A stretch of DNA of 64,000 nt from Nitrospirota bacterium (GTDB lineage: Bacteria > Nitrospirota > UBA9217). Shown here in pieces: positions 54,160 through 64,000 of the stretch. A program made the translations under genes and the position numbers. Where the stretch lies: assembly GCA_963845065.1 (NCBI GenBank), contig CAWJQQ010000002.1, positions 352,001 through 416,000 on the forward strand, read 5' to 3'. The notes beneath the pieces were generated by a model, which saw only the letters and a program-made list of their open reading frames with translations, was not told the DNA's origin and did no database searches. How positions within the stretch are numbered: position 1 is the first letter of the stretch; each line of letters begins with the position of its first letter.

Positions 54160-55727
54160 ATGGTTAAGTGGACTGAACTTGGTGTTTTTATTTTTTTCTT
54201 CCTGTTAGTAATTAGTAACCGTACCTCGGCTTTATTGCCGCGAAGTGGAGACGAGGTGATCTCAACCGCATCGAAGAGTGGGGACTTGCAGGACGACGGT
54301 TTGGGACTCTGGTAACGTGGTTCCTTGTAGGGGGAGATTTCTATACTGCGTATACGGTGATTGCGGTCCCTGCGCTGGTTTTCGGCGTGGGCGCCATGGG
54401 TCTGTTTGCTCTGCCGTATACGATCATCGTCTATCCTATCGTTTATCTCACTATGCCGCGCCTGTGGGCTGTGGCCAAACAGCATGGGTTTGTGACTCCT
54501 GCTGATTTTGTGCGCGGACGCTACGGTTCGCCCAGTCTTGCGCTGGCTGTTACGTTTACCGGGATACTGGCGACCATGCCGTACATAGCGTTGCAACTGG
54601 TAGGTATTCAGGTCGTAATCAGGGCCCTGGGAATACTCGGCGCCGGATGGATGAAAGATCTGCCGCTCATTATTGCATTTGTGATACTTGCACTGTATAC
54701 GTACACAAACGGCCTGCGTGCTCCGGCGCTCATAGCGCTGGTCAAAGATTCGATGATCTATCTTATGGTCATCGCCGCGGTAATTATGATACCAGCGGCA
54801 CTGGGCGGGTACTCAGAGGTGTTCAGGCTTGCTGATCGGGCGCTTGCCGCAAAAGCGACCGTGGGCCATCTTATTCTCCCCGCTGCCGGCTTTAGCACAT
54901 ATGCGACGCTTGCGTTCGGTTCAGCGCTGGCAGCTTTTGTCTATCCGCATACCATTACGGGCATCCTGAGCTCATCCAGCGGCCACGCCATCAGGCGCAA
55001 TGCGGCCCTTTTGCTCGCGTATAAGTTTCTTCTTGGGTTGATAGCTCTTCTCGGGCTAATGGCCCTTGCAGCTGGTATCAATCCCCCGACCCCGAACGAC
55101 GCTGTTCCCCAACTGTTTCTCAAGATGTTTCCGCCATGGTTCAGGGGGTTCTGTTTTGCTGCTATCGTGCTCGGGGCGCTCGTACCCGCGGCTATCATGT
55201 CCATTGCTGCGGCAAACCTGTTTACACGGAATATCTATCGTGAATACATCAGGCCAGACGTAACGCAACAGCAAGAAGCCAAAGTGGCAAAGCTCGTGTC
55301 CCTGGTTGTAAAACTCGGAGCGCTTGCCTTTGTAATTTTCCTGCCACTGCAATACGCCATCGTGCTGCAGTTGCTGGGAGGCATCTGGATCGTAGAGACC
55401 TTTCCTTCGATCATCTTTGGTCTTTTTACCCGCTGGCTTCACCATCGTGCGCTGCTCGTTGGCTGGTTTGCAGGCATGATTATCGGAACAGGAATGGTGG
55501 CCACATCGGGTTTTAAGTCACCAATCTATACGCTCCATTTGGGTAGCTTGGCTATTCCGGCATACGCGGGGGTATATGCCTTAGCGGTGAACCTCATCAT
55601 CTCAGTAGTTCTGACCGTGGTCTTTGATGCCATAGGCATAAAACGGTTACCTGACAAGACCCGGCAAGAGGATTATGACGAAGACGCGGTAAGTGTTATG
55701 GTTACAGATATAAAAAAAGCAGCCTGA
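54160..55727 (+). pseudogene. Sodium:solute symporter (MctP-like) with 5' frameshifts
   Basis: Reconstructed MVKWTEL..KWRRGDL..EEW(G)LAGRRFGTLVTWFLVGGDFYTAYT; 7-bp tandem duplication TTAGTAA (54205-18) plus single-base indels; the remaining 456 codons are open. Confidence 0.8.
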
Positions 55728-55777
55728 CCACTCCCCATTGTTAAAAGCAGGGGACTTTGCGCGAAGTTTTCGGTAAA
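55725..55777 (-). repeat. Solo IS200/IS605 hairpin overlapping the symporter stop codon
   Basis: tgaccacTCCCCattgttaaaagcaGGGGActttgcgcgaagttttcggtaaa; its tail resembles those at 2641-2670 and 47250-47273. Confidence 0.65.
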
Positions 55778-56214
55778 GGGTAGAGAAAAAGGAAAGGGTT
55801 ACAGAAGTATTCAAGAACCTTGCTCTATACACGTATACACGGCCCCGACAGATTAGTGGTCGCATTTCCTCCAATCTGCCGGGGTCGTTTACGAGATGTA
55901 TGCTATGACTGGAAGCTGTTACAATTCATGTTGTATCAAGAAAGACGAACTTCACGCGACATAAAGTTGTCACGTAGGGAACGTTAAAAAGCCTTAATTT
56001 TCGAATAAATTGCTTTCCCTCACTCCTAATATCGTCAAAACGTCCTTATACACGACGATCTTTGAAATGCGAGACGCAGTTTTCTGACCTAAGAAAACTA
56101 TTTCTTAACACAATAATTATTCTTTAGATGGCTCTTCGCGATACACCCGTTCTGGCGCCGGCCTCCGCTTGCGTAAGGTTATCCAGATCGTAGAGCTCTG
56201 CAGCGATCGGTATA

Positions 56215-56356
56215 GTGAATTACCCCGCAGCAGAGCTGCGGGGCATCAAAACCGATAGAACCTAAAACCAATCAGATTCTTATCCTGACTTCGTCAGGAT
56301 TGTCCTTTTCATCCCCGCAGTAGAACTGCTGGGTATTCAAGGACAGGTTTTATAAA
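56215..56356 (-). mobile_element. 142-bp IS200/IS605 mini-element (PATE/MITE-like), well preserved
   Basis: GTGAAttaCCCCGCAGCagaGCTGCGGGG ... ATCCTGAC-ttc-GTCAGGAT ... ttcatCCCcGCAGtagaaCTGCtGGG..ATAAA. Confidence 0.8.
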
Positions 56357-56419
56357 TTGTTGTTTTAGAAGTGTGATGTGTTGAGTATATGTTCTTTATC
56401 TGAAACTCTAACCTGAGAG

Positions 56420-57160
56420 TCACAACCGTTTCCACTGCTTCGTGTCAGGGTTAAATGCCTCGCTGAATGCGGTAACCTCTTCTTTTAGCCCAACTTCGTA
56501 ACCTTCACTCAGACCGAAATTCACTAGCATTTTGATGGAATGGAGTGAACTCAGGCTATTGGCTCCGATCCTGACTGCAAGCTTGTTTGCCTCCTCATCA
56601 ATGATATCTGCCGGGACGATATAGTTGACCAGTCCGATCCTTAGTGCCTCCTCAGCATCGATAATGCGGCCGGTATAGAGCAATTCCTTGGCCCTGCCAA
56701 TGCCCACTGTTTTATAGAGCCGCTGTGATGTTCCAAAAATAGGTGGCACACCGAACTGTGCCTCAGGAAACGAAAAGACCGTACCAGTCGAGGCGATTCT
56801 AATGTCCGCCGCGAGTGCCAGTCCAATGCCCACTCCCGTAGTTTCGCCTTTGACCACGGCTATGACCGGTACCGGAAGATTCTCAATGTGCTTGAGAAGG
56901 CTGTACCCTACCTCGGCAAAGTGTCCGGCTTCGTCTTTTGACATTTTCACGAATCCTGCATAATCGATTCCCGCGGAGAAGTTCTTCCCCTTCGCCGAGA
57001 CCACGACCACGCGAAGCTCAGCCTTGGTGGAGAGCAGATCGCTCACAGTCTTGTTCAGCATCGAAAGGACTTCCTTATCCAGATAGTTATCCGGCGGATT
57101 GTCTATGGTGAGTGTGCTGATCCAATTGTCGCATTCTACATTTACGTATATATGTGACAT
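56420..57160 (-). CDS. Enoyl-CoA hydratase/isomerase family protein
   Basis: FSAGID, PVPVIAVVKG..GVG, ADIRIA, FPEAQFG, GRAKELLYTG. Confidence 0.88.
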   Translation of the reverse strand: MSHIYVNVECDNWISTLTIDNPPDNYLDKEVLSMLNKTVSDLLSTKAELRVVVVSAKGKNFSAGIDYAGFVKMSKDEAGHFAEVGYSLLKHIENLPVPVIAVVKGETTGVGIGLALAADIRIASTGTVFSFPEAQFGVPPIFGTSQRLYKTVGIGRAKELLYTGRIIDAEEALRIGLVNYIVPADIIDEEANKLAVRIGANSLSSLHSIKMLVNFGLSEGYEVGLKEEVTAFSEAFNPDTKQWKRL

Positions 57161-57190
57161 GATTTCCTCCATTTCGCATTCCTCAATTTA

Positions 57191-60100
57191 TTATGCGGTC
57201 TCCCAGTTCTTCTTCTCTAGAATATAGTAAAATACTGGGATCACTACCAGCGTGAGCACTGTGGATGCCATCATCCCGAAGATGAGCGCAAGGGCCAGAC
57301 CGGACCAGACCGGATCTGTCACGATTACGGCGGAGCCGAGGATCGCCGCTGCCGCGGTCAGCACAATGGGACGGGTACGGATCGCACCTGCCTCGATCAG
57401 CGCCTGCACGAGCGGCATGCCTTCCTGCTTCTTGTCCAAGATGAATTCAAGCAACACGATTGAATTTCTGACTACGATGCCCGCCAAGGCGATCACGCCG
57501 ATCATGGAAGTAGCGCTGAAGTAAACATTGGTCATAGCAAAGCCGGGCATGATGCCGATCATCGAGAGTGGTATCGCGGCCATGATAACAACCGGGATGG
57601 TGAAGGACCGGAATCTGCCTACGAGCAAGAGGTAGATCGCGATCAGGGCCACGCCCATGGCCGCGCCGAGGTCGCGAAATACATCAAGCGTAAGCTTCAT
57701 TTCGCCGTCCCATTTAAGCTTATATCCCTCTGGCAACGGATGCTTCCAAAGATAGCGCATCATATCTATGACCGCGTAGACCTGGCTCCGGTTGCCCATC
57801 TCGCCATAGACGTAAGTCACAGGCTGCAGGTTTTTATGATAAATGGTCTTGTCCATCTCCGAGGGTACGATCTTCACCAAAGATGAGAGTGGCACCTGGC
57901 TGCCTTGTGGGCTGCTCAGATATACTTTATCCATGTCTGACAGCCCGCTACGGTCGCCTTTTGGCAGACGCAGCATGATCACTACGGGTGTCTTAGTCTC
58001 GGGGCGGTGCAGGGTGGATACGGCCATGCCCGCCACCGAAAGCCGCAGAGTCTGCACGATCTGTTCCGTCGAGATGCCCATAAGTGCCGCCTTTTCCTTG
58101 TCCACGAGCAACTGGTACTTGACCTGTATCTCTTTCACGCTGTCGTCGATGTCCACGACCTGGTCCGTTTTCGCAAAGAGTGTCTTGATATCCTGGGCGA
58201 TTTCCCGCTGTTTGTTGTAATCGGGGCCGTAGATTTCCGCCACGACGGTGGCGCGGACCGGTGGACCCGGCGGATCTTCGACAAGTTTAATGTTCGCACC
58301 ATAGGCCCGCGCGAGTTTGTCGATGTCAGGTCTGATTTGGAGTACAATCATTTCGCTCGACCGTTTCCGCTTTTCCTTGTCAATGAGGTTCACGCGGATA
58401 TCGGCGAAATGGCTTGCCTCACGGAATGCACTTCCTCGAAGCAGACCGTTAAAATCCATCACCGAACCGGTTCCGACAAAGGTCTCATAATCCTTCACCT
58501 CCGGGATGCGACGGATGTAGTCGCCTACTGCACGCACCACGCGGTCCGTGTTCTCTATCACTGTGCCAGCGGGCATGTCAATGGAAACGAGAAAAGTGTT
58601 CTTGTTCGCTTTGGGCAGCATGCGGAATTTAACCCACTGAAACACAGGAAAGCTCATGGTGATGAGAAAAAACACGGTAATGATGCCAAGAAAAATCCTG
58701 CGTTTAGTCACATTCTCGAGCAGCGGTGAGAGAATCTTTTTATACAAACGAAAGCTCTTTGTCTCTTCTAGTGATGGCTGCGTTGTGCCATGGCTATCCG
58801 ACTTCATCAGCCGGTAGCTCGCCCAGGGCGTGACCACAAAGGCAACAAGGAGCGACGTGATCATTGCTACAGGCACATTAAAGGGAATCGGCATCATATA
58901 GGGTCCCATCATCCCCGTCACAAAAGCCATAGGGATGAAGGCCAACACTACAGTCAGCGTCGCCAAAATGGTAGGCATGCCGATCTCGTTCACAGCCAGG
59001 ATTGCGCCTTGCAGCCGCGAGTGCTGCTGCAGCTTATAATGGCGGTGTATATTCTCGACCACTACGATGGCGTCGTCCACAAGAAGTCCGAGCGACAGAA
59101 TCAGGGCAAAGAGCGTGATCCGGTTGATGGTCTGGCCCGCCACCATGCCTACGGCCAGGGTGATGAAGAGTGTGAGCGGTATGGCAAGCGCCACGATGGC
59201 CGCTTCGCGCCACCCGAGGGTAAAGAACAGCAGGATGATGACCACAATGATCGAGACCACGAGGTGGAACACCAGTTCGTTCACCGCATCGTTCGCCGTC
59301 TTGCCGTCATTCCGCGTTACCGTAACTGCGATGCCGGAGGGGATCTGCGTTTTTTTCAGTAAGTCGAGCTTTGCCAGAATCTCATTCGAAATTTTCACGG
59401 CATTCAGCTTCTGCTGTTTTGCCAGCGCTATGGTAACGGCCGGCCTCTCAGGAGATGTGCTCCTACTGTCCGCTTGTGTGACGCCATGATCCGCTTCATG
59501 ATTGATGTTGAAGGCTATTCGCGTGAGCTTCACAGTTTCTTCGAATCCGTCGGTAACGTCCGCCACGTCGCTTAGATATATTGGTTTACCGTTCGCGACA
59601 CCGACCACGGCGTTCCTCACGTCACTCGCCTTCTCAAAAAAACCGCCGGTCTCGAGCGGAAGCTTCCTGCTGCCCTGCTCAAGATTTCCAGACAGCATAT
59701 TTTCGTTCGACACATTGATCGCTCCTGCTATCTGGAGCGGAGAGAGCCCGTAGGCAGCGACCCGGAAAGGGTCTAGTGTTACCCTTACTTGTCGATTCCT
59801 TCCGCCTATGATGTCGGTATTACCGACTCCTGGTACTTTTCGCAATTCGTCGAGCACATGATCTGCCACGATCCGGAGCTGTCCATCGTCGTAATTTGTT
59901 CCCGGCGCTCCTGAAAGCGTGATCGCCACGATAGGCACATCGTCCACATCAATGGGCTTCACCAGCGGCTGGGATGCTCCGGGCGGGGCGATATCCATGT
60001 TGGACATGAGTTTGTCATAGAGCTTTACCATTGACCGCTCTTTGTCCTGTCCCACGTAGAATTTCACGGTAACCACGGACATTGAGTTCATGGATACCGA

Positions 60101-60358
60101 GTAGACATCCTCAACTCCCGGAATCTCCCAGAGCTTGGCTTCGAGTGGTTTTGAAATGAGTTCTTCGACTTCCTGAGCTGAGGCGCCGGGCATCATGACC
60201 ATCACGTTAGCTGCGGGTACGGTGATCTGTGGGTTTTCCTCTCGCGGGGTGAACCACAGGGCGAAGAGGCCCAGTATTGCCGTTGCCGCCATGAGTAGCA
60301 CAGTGAGCTGGGAGTTGATGAAGTATTGCGTTATCTTTCCGCTGATGTTGAGTTTCAT
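57191..60358 (-). CDS. RND efflux permease (AcrB/AcrD/AcrF family)
   Basis: PREENPQI, GLLVDDAIVVVENI, GIVVRNSIVL, RTRPIVLT; 1055 aa. Confidence 0.94.
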   Translation of the reverse strand: MKLNISGKITQYFINSQLTVLLMAATAILGLFALWFTPREENPQITVPAANVMVMMPGASAQEVEELISKPLEAKLWEIPGVEDVYSVSMNSMSVVTVKFYVGQDKERSMVKLYDKLMSNMDIAPPGASQPLVKPIDVDDVPIVAITLSGAPGTNYDDGQLRIVADHVLDELRKVPGVGNTDIIGGRNRQVRVTLDPFRVAAYGLSPLQIAGAINVSNENMLSGNLEQGSRKLPLETGGFFEKASDVRNAVVGVANGKPIYLSDVADVTDGFEETVKLTRIAFNINHEADHGVTQADSRSTSPERPAVTIALAKQQKLNAVKISNEILAKLDLLKKTQIPSGIAVTVTRNDGKTANDAVNELVFHLVVSIIVVIILLFFTLGWREAAIVALAIPLTLFITLAVGMVAGQTINRITLFALILSLGLLVDDAIVVVENIHRHYKLQQHSRLQGAILAVNEIGMPTILATLTVVLAFIPMAFVTGMMGPYMMPIPFNVPVAMITSLLVAFVVTPWASYRLMKSDSHGTTQPSLEETKSFRLYKKILSPLLENVTKRRIFLGIITVFFLITMSFPVFQWVKFRMLPKANKNTFLVSIDMPAGTVIENTDRVVRAVGDYIRRIPEVKDYETFVGTGSVMDFNGLLRGSAFREASHFADIRVNLIDKEKRKRSSEMIVLQIRPDIDKLARAYGANIKLVEDPPGPPVRATVVAEIYGPDYNKQREIAQDIKTLFAKTDQVVDIDDSVKEIQVKYQLLVDKEKAALMGISTEQIVQTLRLSVAGMAVSTLHRPETKTPVVIMLRLPKGDRSGLSDMDKVYLSSPQGSQVPLSSLVKIVPSEMDKTIYHKNLQPVTYVYGEMGNRSQVYAVIDMMRYLWKHPLPEGYKLKWDGEMKLTLDVFRDLGAAMGVALIAIYLLLVGRFRSFTIPVVIMAAIPLSMIGIMPGFAMTNVYFSATSMIGVIALAGIVVRNSIVLLEFILDKKQEGMPLVQALIEAGAIRTRPIVLTAAAAILGSAVIVTDPVWSGLALALIFGMMASTVLTLVVIPVFYYILEKKNWETA

Positions 60359-60445
60359 GATGTATCCTTATGGACAACGTGAATAGAGAAACGTGAATGT
60401 TCCCACCGATCCTTTTACGTTTCCCACCTCACGCTTTACGATTTG

Positions 60446-61534
60446 TTATTTCTGCGCCACAATGACTTTCCTGCCATCTATGCTCGTAGTCTGCCTGTTC
60501 ACGATCACTCTGTCGCCTGACTTGAGGCCGGTCACTGCTTCGATCTGGTCGCCCTGGAAGTCGCCGGGCTGGATCATCTGGAACTCAGCGCTCCCCTCGG
60601 CGGTTACGATATAGACACCCAACAGGCCCGACATCGTGACGACCGCCGATCGGGGCACGAAGATTGCCTCGCGTTTGCCGATGCTAAAGAACGCCTTACC
60701 GTACATGCCCGTAATGAGGTTCTTAGCAGCAGGGATATCGATCTTGACCACAAATGAGTGGGTCCGCACATCGGCAGCCTGGACCACCTGGGCGACGCGT
60801 CCCCTGATCTCCATGCTTGGCAGCGCATCGATCCGGACGGTTACGGTTTTGCGGGGCTTGATTGAGCTGAGTTCTTGCTCCCGGACCGTGACCTCGAGCC
60901 AGAGGTTCTTGTTGTCTTCAATCCTAAGGAGAGGTTGGCCGGGAAGCGCCATTTCACCGAGATTTATCCTTTTTTCCACAATCTGGCCTGCTATAGGCGC
61001 CGTAATGATCGTGTAGCTTTCCATTGCTTTCGCCGCGTTCAGCCCGGCCTTGGCCGACTCAAATCCGAGAGTAGCCTGGTCCATCTCCATCTGCGTGGCT
61101 GCTTGCACATCGAAGAGGCTCTTGAGCCGCTCATACTGAAGTCTTGCATTATTGAACGAGGCCTTGGCCTGGTACATTTGGGCACTGATCTCGCCACTTT
61201 CGATCTTGAGCAGCAGTTTGCCCGCGGTCACATAACTTCCTTCTTGGACCGTCAGTTCCGTGACTTTTCCCATCACCTTGCTGGAAAGCACCGAGGTATT
61301 CTTGGAGTTGAGTGTCCCGACCGCGGACATGACCGCATCGACGGTTCTGGGTTCGACCAAGATTGTCGAGACATGTATCGGATCTTCGGACTTCGGTACA
61401 TTCGCATAGCTGTTGCTCTTGCCAAAGGTCATATATCCAAAGCCCAGTACTGCCACGGCTACGCAAACCGATGCTCCGGCAATAACTTTTTTATTAATGA
61501 TTTTCATCTTTCCTTTTAAGTTTTGTACATCCAT
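60446..61534 (-). CDS. RND membrane-fusion (periplasmic adaptor) protein
   Basis: N-terminal TM, lipoyl halves (V.EG..V..G.LL; ITAPIAG), GLKSGDRVI. Confidence 0.92.
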   Translation of the reverse strand: MDVQNLKGKMKIINKKVIAGASVCVAVAVLGFGYMTFGKSNSYANVPKSEDPIHVSTILVEPRTVDAVMSAVGTLNSKNTSVLSSKVMGKVTELTVQEGSYVTAGKLLLKIESGEISAQMYQAKASFNNARLQYERLKSLFDVQAATQMEMDQATLGFESAKAGLNAAKAMESYTIITAPIAGQIVEKRINLGEMALPGQPLLRIEDNKNLWLEVTVREQELSSIKPRKTVTVRIDALPSMEIRGRVAQVVQAADVRTHSFVVKIDIPAAKNLITGMYGKAFFSIGKREAIFVPRSAVVTMSGLLGVYIVTAEGSAEFQMIQPGDFQGDQIEAVTGLKSGDRVIVNRQTTSIDGRKVIVAQK

Positions 61535-61573
61535 GATAATCTCCTCACTTTCAATTTCATTCTCAATCTTATC

Positions 61574-62929
61574 TTACAATGTCCCTGTAGCTAGCTTCAG
61601 CTCCGTTTGGGCAATATTATTGTCATAGAGCGCTTGAAGGGCGTTGGTCCGCGACCTGATGAGCGCGTTCTCCGCGCCTAGTACGTCAACGAAAGTCGTC
61701 ATACCGGTTTCATACCGTTTCTGCACTATTCGGAGGCCTTCCTCGGCCTCCTGGACCGATGATCCCGATGCCGAGATCCGGTCGGTGGAAGCCGTCAAGT
61801 TGTAGTACGCCTGTCTGACCTGGAGTTGAACCACCGACTTTGTCTGCTCCTCAAGCGCCTGCATACGCTTGCTTGTTGCGAGCGCTTCCTTCACTTTAGA
61901 CCTGGTTACAAGACCGTCGAAAAGGTTCCACTGCAGCACAGCCATAACAGCCCAGCTCTTCGCGTCATCGCCAGCGATCTTGCCGCTGTTCCAGTCCATT
62001 TGGCCCGTTACATTGAGACTCGGAAGATAATCGGCCCGGGCCATGGTGACGGATTTCTCTGCATTCAAACGGTTCAGATCCATCGACTGGAGATCGGATC
62101 GTTTCCGAGTCGCTTCGTTGATTAGAACATTTATTTCAGTCGTTTGGTCCTGCTCCGAAAGTGTACCGGCCACCTCGTATTCTGTTCCTTGGGGCACGCC
62201 TATGGCGAAGTTGAGACTCGCCGCTGCAAGCTTTTCACCGTTCTCTGAGCGCGTCAGCATCTCTCTTATTTCGGCTAGCTGCACTTTTGCCTGAAGCAGG
62301 TCGGACTGGAGTACCGCACCCACCTTGAATCTCGCCTCTGCAAGCTGAACGTTCGCCTCGCTCGTTTCGACGGACTGGAGCGCGACGATGTGGTAGTCCT
62401 TGGCGAGCAGCAGCCCATAATATGCTTTGACGACATTGTAAACCGTTTCCTGACGAGTCCGTTCCCGGTCCTGGATCGAGGCATCCTTCGCAAGCCTAGC
62501 CTGATCCCAACCTATGTATTCCTTACCACCATTAAAGACCGGCTGCGTGACCGAGAGCCTCGCGTTGTAGTTCGATATTGCAGCGGGATTATTGATTACC
62601 ACCGGGTTGAAGTCAGTGGGAGTAATAATCTCCTGGTTCAGCTTGGTCCCGAGCACCATCAAAGGATTATCGGTTCTGCTCCAGGTTTCCGATATTGTTA
62701 CCTTCGGCAAAAATCCCGCTGCCGACCCGAGCACTTCGGCGTCGGCTGCTTCAACCCGGGAATCAGCTGCTTTGAGTACGGGGTTATTATGAAGCGCTAT
62801 ATTGACAGCCTGCTCCAGAGTAAGGGACTCAGCTGCGTAGCTGTATGATGCGACGACCAAAACAAGCAGCATGAGCAGAAGAAAATAAAACCCAAAAATT
62901 CTTATTCTGCAGTTCAGGCTGACTGACAT
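61574..62929 (-). CDS. TolC-family outer membrane efflux protein
   Basis: LTLEQAV.IAL.NNP, QPVFNGG, ADYLPSL, WNLFDG, RYETG. Confidence 0.92.
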   Translation of the reverse strand: MSVSLNCRIRIFGFYFLLLMLLVLVVASYSYAAESLTLEQAVNIALHNNPVLKAADSRVEAADAEVLGSAAGFLPKVTISETWSRTDNPLMVLGTKLNQEIITPTDFNPVVINNPAAISNYNARLSVTQPVFNGGKEYIGWDQARLAKDASIQDRERTRQETVYNVVKAYYGLLLAKDYHIVALQSVETSEANVQLAEARFKVGAVLQSDLLQAKVQLAEIREMLTRSENGEKLAAASLNFAIGVPQGTEYEVAGTLSEQDQTTEINVLINEATRKRSDLQSMDLNRLNAEKSVTMARADYLPSLNVTGQMDWNSGKIAGDDAKSWAVMAVLQWNLFDGLVTRSKVKEALATSKRMQALEEQTKSVVQLQVRQAYYNLTASTDRISASGSSVQEAEEGLRIVQKRYETGMTTFVDVLGAENALIRSRTNALQALYDNNIAQTELKLATGTL

Positions 62930-62937
62930 CAAGTCTC

Positions 62938-63264
62938 TTACCCCAAAGATGCATTTCCAGCCATATTCCATAGCATGATTCCGCCTTCCAGATTTTTTAC
63001 TTTATATCCCAACTGTGAAAGATAGGAGCAGGCAAGGCACTCCGGTTGCTTACCCTGCAGTAGACTACGATCTATTTGTCTTTCGGGAGTTCCTTTACCG
63101 GATATCCAGTTCCAGGAGCGGAGCAGATAAGACCCCACAAGGGCCTGCGTCTCGTTTTCCTGGGGCGTTCTTACATCGAGCAATAAAAAATCCTCGCCGC
63201 AATTTATTTATTCGTTCAAGGCCCTTGGCCCGATGTTCTTGTAATCCGGTGAATTGAATAACAT
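62938..63264 (-). pseudogene. Rhodanese-domain protein, disrupted
   Basis: LLLDVRTPQE..KELPKDK*IVVYCRVSNRS..LGYKVKNLEGGIMLW spread over different frames with stops. Confidence 0.8.
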
Positions 63265-63411
63265 AATATCCATCCTTAAAAAACAGTTCTTTGCTTATTG
63301 ATTTCCTTATGATAATGGCATGAAGCTTGAACAAGGGACACTGTCAGGGGAATCCTTCGGTGGTGAATGGATGGGAGATGACAGTGCCCGTTGTCCTTGC
63401 TATGGGTATTA

Positions 63412-63427
63412 TTCAACTTACATGCCA
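63412..63427 (-). promoter_or_regulatory. Putative sigma54 promoter
   Basis: TGGCATGTAAGTTGAA (GG-N10-GA versus consensus TGGCAC-N5-TTGC). Confidence 0.5.
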
Positions 63428-63491
63428 AAAAGGTAACCCATTGGTTTTTAAAGTATTAATTACCTACAAGTTTTAGATGGGATTGATGGAA

Positions 63492-63583
63492 GACAACATT
63501 GTCGACATAAGACTTTTTTTAACTCATTAAAAACAACTTTTATCTTGTATTCATGAACTTTTCCCGCGTTCGACAATTTTGTC
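63492..63583. promoter_or_regulatory. Two palindromic GACAA-N2-TTGTC sites, candidate enhancer sequences
   Basis: GACAAcaTTGTC (63492-503) and GACAAttTTGTC (63572-583), upstream of the sigma54-like promoter. Confidence 0.5.
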
Positions 63584-64000
63584 AGCTCAACCTCAAGAAA
63601 CGAAAGCTTTTAGCAGCATTCATTACAGTCCTACATGCTACTGCTGCTGTTTCTTGGGCGACGCCTGATGTAGCGCGGCACGACGTCATTTAATTATTTT
63701 GTAGAAAGAAGTTCAAACAGGCAGTCACAGTGGAATACCGGCAATCTTGTTATCAGTATCAGTAGGGTGAGCCGCCTATAGGTCGAGTTCGATGGGAGGA
63801 GGGCTGATTCCTTGATAATTAACCGGACCGTTTGGCGGTTTTTGATGTTATAAATACATCACTAAAATACAGTAATGTCCGGTTACGTTTTTGCATGGAG
63901 AATGCCTTCTCCGGACATTTTATAGCAGTCACGGTCAGGCGGCACGTTCTCAAACTCAGTAGATTCATTTTTGATTTTGCAGCGTAGCTCTCTGACCCTT

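Noticed and set aside
55841..55886. Long GC-rich hairpin GGCCCCGACAGATT/AATCTGCCGGGGTC
   Set aside because: Single copy between convergent genes; probably a terminator-like structure with no further support.

Overview
Bacterial chromosomal window, about 50% GC. The gene set (Tol-Pal, two MoeA, DVU0298-like protein, DacA-CdaR-GlmM, non-discriminating AspRS, HspR) suggests an anaerobic diderm of Nitrospirota/Desulfobacterota type; this is inference only. Core blocks are yyaL-like, tolQRAB, moeA-moeA(PBP), trxB-like, GAF-GGDEF, dnaJ-hspR-clpB, aspS, chaN-PDZ, dksA-like, tRNA(CAT)-tilS-hpt-ftsH-folP-dacA-cdaR-glmM, LysR, DUF47-pit, PHP, acyl-CoA synthetase, YihY-cNMP, a giant PPDK-like protein, pal, a decayed DUF3311-MctP pair and a TolC-MFP-RND-enoyl-CoA hydratase operon. 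Most large intergenic gaps carry IS200/IS605-type relics: tnpB fragments, 50-600 bp two-ended mini-elements and solo hairpins. There is also one intact IS1595 and an IS1380 remnant. Highlights: (1) a 55-aa CxxC-U-CxxC candidate selenoprotein with a SECIS-like hairpin, missed by the ORF track (19486-19653, minus); (2) a 1472-aa dikinase that lacks the pyruvate-binding domain; (3) a possible orphan omegaRNA element present twice; (4) a YihY-cNMP fusion; (5) a HAIR-like operator on a perfect sigma70 promoter. No CRISPR array or rRNA was seen. All family calls come from motif recognition by eye, not database searches.
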